From Dicyema japonicum (lineage: Eukaryota > Animalia > Dicyemida), in NCBI GenBank assembly GCA_011109175.1, contig RDEW01000010.1, positions 851,837 to 915,836 on the forward strand: 64,000 bases of DNA. Reading direction: 5' to 3'. A program made the translations under genes and the position numbers. Shown piece by piece: positions 21,936-34,594 of the stretch (position 1 is its first letter; every line of letters starts with the position of its first letter). The notes beneath the pieces were generated by a model. It saw only the letters and a list, made by a program, of their open reading frames with translations. It ran no database searches and was not told the DNA's origin.

Positions 21936-23060
21936 ATGACGGTTTTGTCTTTTTCAAGTTAGCCATTTTTTTCAAATTCACAGAATTCTTTTCGACTGTT
22001 CGATCTTCTCGTGTTTTGTTTTCTTCTGGTTCACAGAGCATAAATTTGGACAATAATTCATTCCTAAAGGCTGCGAAATGGTTCGAAAGCAAACAGATTC
22101 AAAATCTGTTAGTTAAAATCAACCAAATGAACGTCGACATCAACAAGTTGCGGCAATATGGCTGTCACAAGAGGCCCAAAATAATCTTGGCTACTTTTAA
22201 AGATTATCAAAATGTTTTTTTACTTTTTAATTACATTAGATTTTGAAAAAAGCCAGGAATAAGATTTTACAACTTCTACAACCTGTTCCCATAGTTATGC
22301 CACAAGTCGTTGAATCCCAAGTCATTTCTCAAGATCCTGAAATTAGTGGCTTTTCTATGCATCCCCACGTGTTCGTTGATTTGGTGGAAGACGCAACAAA
22401 CGAGGTTACCTGTAGCAATTATAGACTCAGTTACCTATTATGGTGAAGAGAGACATCGATGGAACTCTGAGGACGGTATCCATTGAAGAAAGGGACCTTT
22501 ATCTGTCTATTTTTTACCCTCATCCATATCGTAAATATCCGCCACCTGCTCTTTTCTTGCCTGGGAAGATTGAGGTGCTTTTATTGATCACTTGTAGAGG
22601 ATGTTTGAGATGAGACTCCATCGAAGAGTCCTGGACAGGCTGATGAACCAGTTTCGTCCTGAGGATGAGAGATTTGCTCCAATTTTGATGATGGTATTTG
22701 AAGACATTCTTCAAAGGAGAGAATTTGGCATTCTTGGGTCTTCTAGATACTTTTCCAACTTTCTTCTATTCGTTCCAAGCTCTGAGGTTGCTGTGGAGGT
22801 TGTTCAGAAATCCTTGGAATCTGTTGGTCCTGAAAGGTAGGGTCCTTTAACTTTTTACGACTCGACAAAACTGCGTTAATAATGCAGCTCTTCAGAATAA
22901 TGGAGATTTTTCAATGGAGTGGAGAAACTGATGTCTATAACCCACGTGAGTATATCGAAGTTGATTCTGTGGTAATTTATAGAATGGACTGATAGGTATT
23001 AATGCTCATCACTTGATTAACTTGCTTGAAGATGATGACCAAAAAGTTGTGTCTCAGTGA
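21936..23060 (+). CDS. MRPS22: Mitochondrial ribosomal protein mS22, spliced
   Basis: VKRDIDGTLRTVSIEERDLYLSIFYP, QFRPED, LGSSRYF match mS22 as I recall it; N-terminus looks like a transit peptide; introns of 26,26,20,23 nt; the last two junctions are uncertain. Confidence 0.8.
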
Positions 23061-23522
23061 ATTGTGTTTAAATCGTGCTAGACTGTTTTATTTTTGTTTT
23101 TTTGACTTTTTGTTTCAGTTCAGCAACTTGCGCTTAAAATTCATTTATTCTTCGTCTTAACAGTCTTTGTAAGCTGAATCACGTTAATGACTTTTGCATT
23201 TAGTCTAATGTACTTTAATTCAGCCAATTTTCGCGGGAATCAAAAAAATTTTATTTTTATGACGGCGCAGTGCAATAAATGCCGGGAAAATGGCTGATGG
23301 CCCATGGTTCAAATCTCCTAACTAATTATGAGTGATCAGAACTAATTCTCTATTCAAAAAGGAATATGGACGTGAGGTTCTAATATGAAAAGTTTTGTTG
23401 TTTTTTTGGTATATTTGAGCAACCTACATTTTTCCTCATCCACTTTTCAGAAGGATTACATAAAAGAATCACTTGGTAATAAGTGTAGCAAATAATTAAC
23501 GTCCAAATGGTAGTATTTCTAC

Positions 23523-25281
23523 CAGGGTCGTTAGATTTAAATCATTTGATTTTAATCAACAAAAAAATCAAAATCATTTAAATTTTTAATGCCTTGTGGT
23601 TTCACTTCGATAAACGTATTATTCCTGGAAAGACCTGGAGTCGAGCCAGATGCAGTAATTGCGGGAAGGAGGTACAAGGTCTCGTATCTCGGATGAAGCA
23701 GCATCATTTGTTATGTCGAACTAATATTGATATCCCTGAAAATCCGTCGACACCTGAAAGTGATTTGATCAGCGAATTCCTCCCAAGGATGAGGGACCAG
23801 TCTTTAATCAATTTCGTTACTACGACGACGTCATTGAAGAAAAATTTGATTGATATGCAACTCGCTAGATACATATATTCCAGTACACTTCTTTTGCTGT
23901 TGTAGAACATCCGGAATTTGTCAAATTCGTCCAAATGCTTCTTCCTGGGTATCGTTTACCCTCTCGTCATCAAATTGGTGGTCCATTGCTCGATCGTGTG
24001 TACGACAAATACATGAAGACTGTTGGCAAAGACTCCAGGACAAAACAGTGTCTATGATGTTAAACGGGTGGAGCAACATTCATAATGAAACCTGTTATTG
24101 TGTGTCAGTTGTAACATCGGATGGAGAAAGCTATCTAATTGACACTGTGGACACTTCTGGATATAGCTACACCGCGAAGTATTTTCAATCTGTTGCTTTA
24201 GCCTCTGCAAAGTCCGCCGAGCAACGGTTTGGATGTAAAATCGGGAGTCTTGAAACGGACAATGCTCGCACATTACATCAACTTCTCTCAAAGGATGTCG
24301 AAGTAGCTGACGTTAAAGAAACCATCGTAAGCAATAATAATACTTTTGAAACTTCATCTTCCAGCGGCATGGTACAAATCTGCTGAGGAAAAAAACTTGT
24401 TCTTCCGATTGATGTTCGTGGAACACTTTATCAAACTGTTTTCAATCTTATCTGGATAATTGGTCTATAATTTTGAGAGTTTATGAGGAACACTGATCGA
24501 ATAGTGGAGATTGCTTCCAAAGTACAAAATATATGCCTAAAACGACGCGTTGAAGAATATTTGCGGCTGATTAAAACAATTGTTGTCGCTTTAGACAAAA
24601 TTCAAAATGATTCTACGACGATTAGTCATGCTGTAGAAATTTGGAAAGAACTTGAACAGACTTATATTGACTATGAATGTACGACTATTTAGAAAAAGTG
24701 AAAACTCGAGCAGGTCAAGCATTAACACCTTTCTATTTACTTGAGAATCTAATGGACCCAACACGTTGTGGGAGATCTCTTTCAACTGCTGAGATTGACC
24801 TCGCCTTGGAGTATTGTGCTGCACATTATGAATGTGCTCTTCCGACTCTGATTAATTTCAGAGCAAAAGCTGATCCATTCAAACTATACATGTTCGCTCC
24901 GAATTTATTGAGCAAAGTAATCACCTATAGCTTGGTGGGAGTCGAACTCTCACCACCTTCTGAAGTAATTTCACTCTGCAAAAAAATTCTTGGAGCAGTT
25001 GCTTCTACAAATGGAATAGAACGAATTTTTCGACTTTTGGATTCTTACATTCAAATGTACGAAATAGGCTGGAAATTGAAAAAGCTGCCAAACTTGTCTT
25101 TGTTTACAAGCTTTTAAATAAATAAATACGATTTCCATTGTTTTTACTTTTATTTTACTTTGTTTCGAATAAAAATCATTTAATTCAAAAAATCTGATTT
25201 AAATTAAAAATTCTGTTTAAATCAAAAAAATCAGATTTTTTCGATTTTTTTCACAAAAAATCATGATTTTTAACAACCCTG
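23523..25281 (+). mobile_element. hAT transposon with BED finger, decayed transposase
   Basis: TIR CAGGGTCGTTA / TAACAACCCTG; exact 8-bp TSD ATTTCTAC; WFHF..C..C..MKQHH BED; ASTNGIERIF dimerisation remnant. Confidence 0.93.
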
Positions 25282-25614
25282 ATTTCTACTGTTTTTCGAA
25301 GTAAAAGAACCAGGACAGACGAATTATTGCAAAAGGCCTATCAAGATTTTTAGTGCGATTTTTACACAAAATTCTATTAACTAGAAAAGCATTTGTGTTG
25401 AAATAACAGTAGAAATCATTAGGTAATTTATTTTAAACAGCAAAACATAGTTAGGAATTGTAATAACAATTTTCTTTTTTAACTCAACGTCAAATAAAGT
25501 ACCCATTCTCCCCCACTCAGAATTAACTAATCAAGAGGTTTGCTCCTCGAAATCCGTGTTTTTATTGTACTCAGATACTCTCCACACTTCACTGTATTTC
25601 AGTATTTCAAAGTA

Positions 25615-26445
25615 CAGTAAAACCTCTCGAATCCACCACCTCTCGAAAAATTTCCTAAAAAATACTTCTACGTGAGACATTATCATTTTGTGTGCGTTGG
25701 TCCTAATGAAACGTAATTGTACAAGATTAAACAATTCTGAAAAATTCCGAATTATAAAATTTATTGATTAAAACTAGGGATTTCGCTTACAAGAGTGTCC
25801 AAAATTTTACGTGTTATTACAAGACGACTCTTAAATGACATGAGGAGCAAAAGGAATGTATCCACCTTGCAAAAAGGAATGATACTATAATTTATACCTA
25901 TCAAGCATGGGAAAAGCTAAATAGTACAAAAATAATAAACTGTTTTCGACATGCTAAATGGACCCAAGATTATATTGAAGAAATTAATGACGAGTTTTCG
26001 CCTGAAACTTATCAAGAATTCGTGTCAAAACTGCAAATAAATGATCCAATTCCAGAAATGAGTTTCTTCTCTATGAGTATATAGAGAATAAAAAAATCCT
26101 GGAAAATTTGGATGAAAATGATAAAGACACAGAATGCATTAATGGTGGAGAACAAAAGAATGAACAAGTCGTTTTAGACTACGATGCAGTGAATGCTGTC
26201 TATACATTGAGGAAGTACTTCAAACAAAAGGATGAAGTTAACTTAAATGTCTTCGATCACCTTGATGATGTTGTTGAAACATCCAAATGAATATTAAAAC
26301 GAGAATAACTGATTATTTTAAAGGAAATTAATGTTTTCATTTTTAATTAGTATTTAAAATTAAAAAAATGAATTTTATTAATTTATAAAAAATTCCGCCG
26401 TAATTTCCCAGGTTCCAAATCTGGCTAATTCGAGAGGTTTTACCA
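25615..26445 (+). mobile_element. pogo/Tigger-type deletion derivative
   Basis: TA+CAGTAAAACCTCTCGAAT and TTCGAGAGGTTTTAC termini; C-terminal ...LRKYF...KTRITDYF remnant. Confidence 0.75.
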
Positions 26446-26519
26446 TATTTTTTAACAAATGGAGATGCTAAGCCATCCCAAGTTATAAAAATAAGAAACA
26501 TCCTCACGTTGAATTAGCG

Positions 26520-27000
26520 AATTATTTCTAACTAATTAGCCAATTAAAAAAATGAGCCAATAAGTCATATTTTTCTGCTTCAACAGACTTCAACATGTCT
26601 AAAGAAGTAACTCCCAATTTGATCAACCAAATTTTAGTCATAGGAGTGCACGTTTGTTTACAGTCCTGAATAGATTTACTACATTTAATCTAGTTTCAAC
26701 CAAGTTCTCAATCCTCAAAATTACTTCAGCCAATAGCACATTCAGCATTTTTGTTTTTTGAATTTTTCCTGAGGCTCCTTCAAATACACTTAAGTATTTG
26801 TAATCATCAATAAAAATAATGTGATTTTTCGAGAATTATGGACAAACGCCATCTTATCTCATGGAGACCTTTAGATACTTGGAATAATTGATATTTGATA
26901 AACTATCCTTTGCAGAATCCCTGCGCACATGACGAACATACTCATTATTCATTCTGAGTTTGACTTTCCACTTAACAATCGACTTAACAATCTGAAATTC
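26520..27000 (-). mobile_element. R4/Dong-clade internally deleted fragment
   Basis: GILQRDSL, DDYKYL, TRLNVVNLFR, LGVTSLD..EKYDLL in reverse-strand translation. Confidence 0.6.
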
Positions 27001-27159
27001 AATCAATTTCACAATTCACTCAGCTATTCAAGATTTCCCAAATATTTGAATTGAGAGGTCATATCTACCGAATCTACCGATTTGAACGCCTTTTTACGTC
27101 AGTCGAGGGAGCAAATAGCGTATAATCATTTGCTTTGTATATTTGTATAAGACGAGTCT

Positions 27160-27950
27160 GTTTGGAAAACCTACGGTCGAGCTCCCGTTTAATTCCAAAT
27201 GGAATACCCCAAGGATGACCTTTTACTGGCTTATTCAGATGATATTGTTATTTCATCCAGGGACCAAGACGTTCGGGTCGTCTCGGAGAGATTACAATTA
27301 CTCGTAAACTGCTTAATCTACTGATTAAATGAAAACAGCCTGTCGATCAGCCCTGAAAAATCGGTTACGTCTCTCTTTACCTCTATTAAGAGAATATCCA
27401 ACAGGACGGTGGATATAGAAACAGATGGAAGCAAGTTGCCATTCCAAAAATGGCAGAAGATCCTGGGAGTAGTATTCGACACCCATATGACTTTCTCGCG
27501 TCACGTGGAAAACGTTTTAAACAAATGTGAAAAGAAAATCAACCTCTTGAACGGGATCTTTGGTTTATGGAAGATCGGAAGTCATCCCGTTCTGAAATCA
27601 CTATAAGCCAGTACGTCGAGCCATCCATATCATATACATGTGCATCATGGGGCCTCTCAATTTCTTGGACGAATGCCCAGAGAATTGCGGCAACCCAAAA
27701 AAAGCGTTTTCCGTGATAGAAAACTGAATCAAATGCGATCTAAATTCTACATCTACTTCCTTGGAAGACCTAATAAGAAGAAAAGGAGGCCAAATTCAAC
27801 GATACCAGAAAATTGCTCGTCCACTGCGTGCTTGTGTTGGATCGAGGGAAAACTACCGGGACAAGCTGACAGCCCTATTGAAATTCGCCGGGATCACATA
27901 ATTTTTTGTTTTTGTTTTTAACTGTAGTCTTTGGAAATAAATTTCAATTT
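27160..27950 (+). mobile_element. Ingi/Vingi-like RT 3' fragment
   Basis: PNGIPQG, YSDD, KILGVVFD; ends CCGGGATCACATAA. Confidence 0.75.
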
Positions 27951-28582
27951 CAATAGGCGTTTTGGTATTTCAGTCGGTATATCTTTCACTCCAGTCATCC
28001 TTTTATTATCTCAATACTTTGACTAACTGGTTTTTCTTTCAGATATCCTCCCAATATGTTCCACACTGTTTATGATTCAGAGATTAGTTCTTTTTTTCTT
28101 CTTCCCGTAAGGGTACTAGAAGGCCTTTCGTTCAACCAAAATTTTTGGTTGTTTAACCGAAATCCTTGTCTTCCTTCGTGTGTAACCAACTTTTTTTGAT
28201 GACCATAATTTATTCATTTACAAGTGAGGTAATCCTTGACCTTTCCAGGGCTTCTCTTCATGCACTGAAAAATGAAAGAGCATGACAGGCCACTGGCTTT
28301 TTCACCACCGTAAAAGTTTTCTCAAAAACTTTCAATGTAATAAGATAATTCCTCCACTCTTCAATTTTAGTCTCCAGATTATTCTTCCACTTCAAAATCA
28401 ACTTTTGTTCGCGACGGTAGGACGTGCGATTAAAATTGAAGAGGAAGGACCTACTTCTCGATTAATTAGATATGACTCATAACTAGGGCAATTTTTATGC
28501 AACTAAAATTTTTAAAAATGGCATCTATGGCAACTAAAATTTGACAAATGGCATCTAAAAATTATTTATTATTATTTATTAA

Positions 28583-30263
28583 TAGGGCAAGTTGTTTCTA
28601 GCACTTAAAAAAATTTTTTAGCGCTAAAAAATCACAAAATCTAGCAATTATAATTAAAAAAGTTAGCACTTAAAATGATAAAATCTAGCATTTAAAATTG
28701 TAAAATAAACATTTAAATTTTATTTATTGTAATATAATAAAAGTTAATGCTTGATATTGTCTGGATGGAAGTTCCTATCCTTTTTTTAAAATTTTTTAGC
28801 ATTTTAATAGCTCTTTCAACAGATGCATAGGATGCCTGACAGCGTGAAAGAGAGAAATAATCTTGTTGGCTAATTTTTGGTTCAGTCATTTCAATAATAA
28901 GTTTAAATCCATTTTCCTCCATTCTTTTATTTATATAATTTTTGATATTTGCCTTGTCATTATCAAAATTTAGTCTTGTATAATAGTAATCTTCCATGAT
29001 TTGTTTGCCATGAATCACTTCGTCCATTCTCAGAACATGTCCGATAAGTCGCCAGCGTGATATAATTACTTTTCTGCTTATCGGTTTGCATTTACATAAT
29101 TTGTAGAGAGTGTCTTTTTTGATAATCTGTGGCCATTTAATTCCTGCAATTTTTCTCAATTAATGTCTATGAAATGTGTCTAGTCAGTCACGGTCCGTTT
29201 TTGATGTTCTCCATGTTCCCGAGTTGTATAATAGGACTGGTTGTATGAACGCGCTATATAAGCGCATCCGAAGATTTAAGGAGATAAGTTTTCTGCGAGT
29301 CCAAATACTCCACATCTTTTCAGTGCACACGATACCAACATCTTTCTGAGAGCAATGACCTCAGCATCACCCAAAAACGAGCCGAGCCTTTTAGTAAACT
29401 TTTATTTCTCATCGAACCGCTGAATCGATGTTAACTCCGTTTTTCTGAATTGATCTTCAAAGACCACCTCTCCAGAACTGTTGTGGCTTTATCTATTACA
29501 GTTCTTAGTACCACCACATCCTCAGACACAAAATTGATGTCATCAGCATACATTAATTCAACAAAATGATTATTTAAGTGACCTAATTCTTTCCTAACGT
29601 CCCTCAACGCAGCTTCCAAATAGATTGCAAGGAGAACTGGCGAAAGCGAGTCCCCTTGCAGAATACCAATGCCGGTCGTGATTTTTTCCGAATAGCCCTT
29701 TCCCACTTTCACTATGAGGCTCGTGTCAGCCAGCAAAAAACGCACAATCATCAAACAGTCCTCATCAATTATGTCCTTGAGAACTTGCAATAGTTTATCT
29801 CGGCAGACACAGTCGAATGCTTTTGATTAGCCGACTCCCAGAGTATATATTGTTTTTCTGTACTTCTGACATATTGACGTAAGCTACCGATGACTCCATA
29901 CTATATCAGCAGTTGATTTTCCTGGTCTGAATCCGCTTTGACTTGGTGACAAGTATTGGTCAACTGAATTTGATATTCAATTCAATGTTGTAATCGACAA
30001 TGTTTTTCGCAAAGTGGTCAAAAGCACGATCGGTTTAAAAATTTCGATTGGACCTGCAGGTTTCGGAATCCGTAAACACATTATTAACTGCAATTTAAAT
30101 TAGCATTTAAACAAAAATTAGCATTTAAAATTAAAAATAGCACTTATAGCATTTATAATGTATGTTTTTTTAACAAAATTAAAAAATAATTATTCCAAAT
30201 TCAATTGTATATTTAAAAAAGTATAAAAAATAAAAATAGCATTTTAGCACTTAAATTGCCCTA
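28583..30263 (-). mobile_element. hAT element with its interior replaced by an RTE fragment
   Basis: TIR TAGGGCAA / TTGCCCTA; exact 8-bp TSD TTTATTAA; ASYASVERAIKML dimerisation remnant; TAGCA(C/T)TTA subterminal repeats. Confidence 0.88.
28985..30085 (-). mobile_element. RTE RT fragment truncated at both ends, inside the hAT
   Basis: KPIVLLTTLRK, GILQGDSLSP, YADD, RWRLIGHVLR, MEDYY; no 3' tail. Confidence 0.88.
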
Positions 30264-30264
30264 T

Positions 30265-30428
30265 TTATTAACCTCGGATACACCGAGAAAGAAGTCAAAG
30301 TAAACAACTAATAAGTTCATCTGGAATCAGCATAAAGGGTAAGACGTCCAATACATGGAGTTGTGGAAACCTCTGTGCCGGCTTAGCACTGGGCGACACC
30401 TAGATAGGTGATCACATGACGCCACTCT
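30265..30428 (-). mobile_element. Short RIME-like derivative of the Ingi/Vingi-like family
   Basis: 5' GTGGCGTCATGTGATCACC signature; 3' CTTTCTCGGTGTATCCGAGGTTAATAAA matches 12259-12290. Confidence 0.65.
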
Positions 30429-30490
30429 AATAGGAAGAGATAGGAGGAACAGACAATCAGAGAATTTCAAAAATGAATAATAATAATAAC

Positions 30491-30686
30491 AGCCTTTTTC
30501 ACAGAGCCGTGTTATTAGCTCCGCATAGGAAGGACACATACTTTATTTAAGTAAAGAACAGTTAATTTTAACTAATCGTAGAACCAAGGAATGATCTTCA
30601 CTTCTATTTTCTTTTTCTTGTGTGTGGGTTCTTTCTAGACAATCCAGTTCCGCAGTGAGAATCCACTAATGACGGCGTCACTCGTC
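30491..30686 (-). mobile_element. SINE copy lacking its tRNA head
   Basis: Aligns by eye with 33805-33990. Confidence 0.8.
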
Positions 30687-31639
30687 AAGCCAAATAAATA
30701 AAAAATGAATAATATAACTATCATAAAATTTATAAATTGACCAAATAATTTTTTATTTATTATAAAACATAATTATGTAATTTTTAACATTATTTTTATT
30801 AAAATTTCATTATAGCTAGATAAAATTGCAGTATAGCTAGATAAAATTTGATAAAGAAATTTTTATTTTTAACTACAAAAAACAGTAAACAACTACTAAA
30901 AGCTCAATTCAGACTGCTCTCAGAATTAAAAACCAATCTCCAGTGACGATTTTTAAGGAAATGTGCTCAATAAGCCAGATCCTTTCTCCAATATCCATCT
31001 TCTTTTTACGAGAGGCGATCCGATACACTTCAGCATGGTCAGTGATCTGCTTCTAAGATCAACAAACATATTGTTCAATAAACTTTTCCCCAGTACGGCA
31101 AAGTTTATCAGGCTGATCGGTCAGCTTGTAGAGCGGAAGCAAGATCTTAGAATGACGAGAAATTAATAGCGTTAATTAATAGAGTCCTCATCGAAATTAA
31201 TTGCAAGAATGCTGTTATGAGCTTCCAAAAATTAATAGGATTCAGACTCAGAAATTTAGGAGCCACAATTAACAATAAATTTCAAAATATAGTTTTTATA
31301 AATAAAAAACTTTGGAAACCTGATCGCAATTATGACTCTACTTCTTATTCAAACTGACCTATATAGTTTTTTAATGTAAATTGTAATGATCGAACGTGGA
31401 ATAACAAGGAATTGTATTCTTACACGTGTTTAATATTTTATTGTTTATTAAAAATAAAGACGGGAAAAGACCGATTGGCTAACTATCTTTCCGTCGTAGT
31501 TAGCACTAGAAAATGATCAATTAATCGTGTTTCTTCCATCGTATGAATATATTTCAGTTCATATTGAGAGAACCGGCATTGATCGTATTCGATGAAGTCA
31601 CACTTCTCTGAGTGGCTTATGTTGTTTATTCACGGAAAA

Positions 31640-32520
31640 GATAAGCTTTCTGTAATCGAAAATGGGTAACCTTATTATTAGTTTTCACCAAATATAATAG
31701 AGAACCATATAACAAATTCTTTAAAAAGTTTTACTTACCTTCAAAAGGGCATGAAAGACTTCGTTACGACAACCTCAGATCAAAATCGAGGTTACTACCA
31801 AATTGAATGCTCCAGGGCTTTCCATTTCCCAAACCTTCTTTAACCTGTTTTCGACCAACTTAAGGATGATGATGACGATTGCCTTCAGTTAACTTAAGCG
31901 AATGAATTAATTATTTCGGCAAGAAACCGTTCTGCATTTCTCACAGCCGCCAAATCCCGACAAGGATATGACTCATACTTTATCGACAAAATATCGCTCT
32001 GATTAAACTCGAGGGGTAGCTGGGAATTCAAACACCCAACAAAAAAATGTCTAACGGCTGTTTACAAACAATTCACCAAAAAGACGCTGAACTATATCTC
32101 CCCAAACTGAGCTTCATGCTTATCACTCTCTCCTACAATCGCTACAGAATGACCCCTTCCACCAATCGCAGAAACATCAGGGGAATTCTTACTGACCTAA
32201 AAAAACATTGAGAAAAATCACATTTCCGAAAAAAGTCCAAACTTGGATTAAGAATATAGTTCGTGTTTACTCGTTCCATGTGGACCCTCGAAGAGAACAA
32301 AATACTGGAGCGCAGACCTCCCAAGGTCAACTCCTTAGAACTGCTTCTCCTGAGGGTCGTCAGAGAGAAACTGCGATGTGGATATCATCCATCTCAGGCT
32401 AGAATAGTCGTCCAGGATCTCTTTGCTTGCTTTGAACTGCTAGGGCTCGACGTGAAAGTGGTCAATCTCTGGAGCGTCATTTCTTAGTGTCACGTTTTTT
32501 GACAGTAACCAGTTTCCCGC
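31640..32520 (-). other. Possible spliced gene or pseudogene of unknown function
   Basis: Coding-like composition with splice-like sites (GAAG|GTAAGT near 31740, polyT-AG near 32187); no complete frame recovered. Confidence 0.3.
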
Positions 32521-32589
32521 AAGTTAATGAAACTTGAGTTGAAAATTTAATTTAAAACATATACACGTATATAAGATATTTTCTTTTGT

Positions 32590-32775
32590 TTCCACGGAAG
32601 ACCTTACCACTTAGGACCTAGTAAGATCGCGCATTGGATATTGGAACGAGAATATATAAAGTATGTGAGATCTAGGGAAGAACAACATATAAGTACGAAG
32701 ATTAGTGAGAAAGGTTGGAATCATCTAATGGCTGCGCTCCCTCGTAATTTAGTGGTGACATTCTGGTGTTATAAT
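32590..32775 (+). mobile_element. RTE 3' scrap
   Basis: FHGRP remnant followed by an (ATA)n tail. Confidence 0.5.
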
Positions 32776-33727
32776 AATAATTATGAGACTAAATAAAATG
32801 AGAAAATACAAGAACAATTTTAAAACTTTATTTTAGAATTAAAAAATGTGAACAGTTTCTCAGAAAAAACGTAAGTTTATTTAAATAATTTTGGGATCGT
32901 TTTTCACTTGAACACAACAAATGGATCGTTTTCACTGGAAGGTAGTTTTTCAGGCGGTGATAATGATAATTCAGAAAACCAATTCTCTAAGTAAGCATTA
33001 AATATGAAGTTTTAAAGCAAAAACATAATTACAGAGATAGTCATCGAAAGACTAAGTTCAAATTCCTCCGAAAGAAAGTCTTTCTTATTTTACGATGACT
33101 GACAGTAATGAATATTTAAAATAAAACATTTTTCCAATTCTGAGTTGTTTTTGAGGGATTTTCACTATTTTCTTAAATTAGTTAGTTAAAGCACACCCGC
33201 GTTAACTGTAAACAGTGTTTATGGTTTCCCTTATGCCATATTTTTCGACTATCCTTTCCGTATGTCTTCTCCATCCTTTTCGTTGTCGTGCTCGTTTTTC
33301 TGATTTCGTCAGATCATTTGCATCCATCAGTCGGCCCCCGATCATTGCATAATTCTCTAAAGTGTCCTGGAAGAATTTCCTGAAGTATCATTGCAATTAA
33401 AGCAATTTTTAATGATTTGAGTTTATTATTGAGTTATTCTCTTATGAAAAAACCGTTACATGATAACGTCCCACTTTTCCATTTCGACAAGACCCAATAT
33501 TTTCAACAACCAAACACAATTCTTAAAGAAAATCGGTAAATTACCGTATATTTACTAAACAACATGGTACATTATGGATGACGGAAAATAACCGATTAAG
33601 ACTGATTCCATATTCGTTAGCTCTTTCTATGAAAGTCGGTCCGTTCTAAAACTTGCATGAAATTGATATTGATTCTCTTCCATGAGGCGGAAGTATATCT
33701 GGTAAGTACAGCACAAATAATCATAAT

Positions 33728-34594
33728 TAGGGCAATTTTTATGGCAACTAAAATTTCTAAAATGATATCTATTTTCGAAAAATGGCATCTAAAAATAATA
33801 TAATAGCCTTTTCACGAGAGCCATAGTATTATAGCTCCGCATAGGCAGGACACACACTTTTATTTAAGTAAAGAACAGTTAATTTAACTAATCGTAGAAC
33901 CAAGGAATGATCTTTCACTTCTATTTCTTTTTCTGTGTGTGAGTCCTTTCTAGAGAATCCAGTTCCGCTAGTGATATCCACGTCACTCGTTCAAATCCTT
34001 TTAGCATCGTAATGCGTGGAACCTTCCACCAGGTGAACAGCAGCAAGAATCGAACCCGTAACCTATGTCACTTTAGCCCGACACCTAACCACTATGCCAG
34101 TTGGCATCTAAAATAATAATAATAATAATAATAGCATCTAAAAATAAAAATGAACAATATAACTATCGTAAAATTTATAAATTGGCCAAATAATTTTATA
34201 ATTTATTATAAAACATAATTATGTAAATTTTAACATTATTTTATTAAATTTTTCTTTTTTGAGAGTTTCAATAGCTCACTCAAAACTGAGCAAAGATAGT
34301 TAGATAAACATTGATAATGAGAATTATTATTTTTAACTGCGCAATCAGTTAACGACTACTAGAAGCTACCAAAATTCTTATTCAACTTATTCAACTGACC
34401 TATATAGTTATTTTAATGTAAATTGTAATGAACGTGGAATAACAAGGAATTGTATTCTTACACGTGTTTAATATTTTATTTTTATTATAAAATAATTAAT
34501 TAAAAGTAAAAAATGCATTTATGGCAACTAAATGAATTATGCCATTTAAAATCAAAAATTGCAAAAATGGCACCTTAAGGCAGAAATTGCCCTA
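33728..34594. mobile_element. Non-autonomous hAT-type MITE, copy B, containing a SINE
   Basis: TIR TAGGGCAA / TTGCCCTA; flanking duplication TCATAAT (7 bp unambiguous). Confidence 0.85.
33805..34105 (-). mobile_element. tRNA-derived SINE with RTE-like 3' end
   Basis: Box A TGGCATAGTGG, box B GGTTCGATTC; flanking duplication GGCATCTAAAA(A)TAATA; 3' ATGGCTCTCGTGAAAAGGCT. Confidence 0.85.

Larger units (their letters stand above)
28484..31457. mobile_element. Non-autonomous hAT-type element, copy A (left TIR only), holding stacked insertions
   Basis: TAGGGCAATTTT plus ATGGCAACT/ATGGCATCT subterminal motifs; 30690-30900 and 31330-31455 match copy B (33728-34594). Confidence 0.7.
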
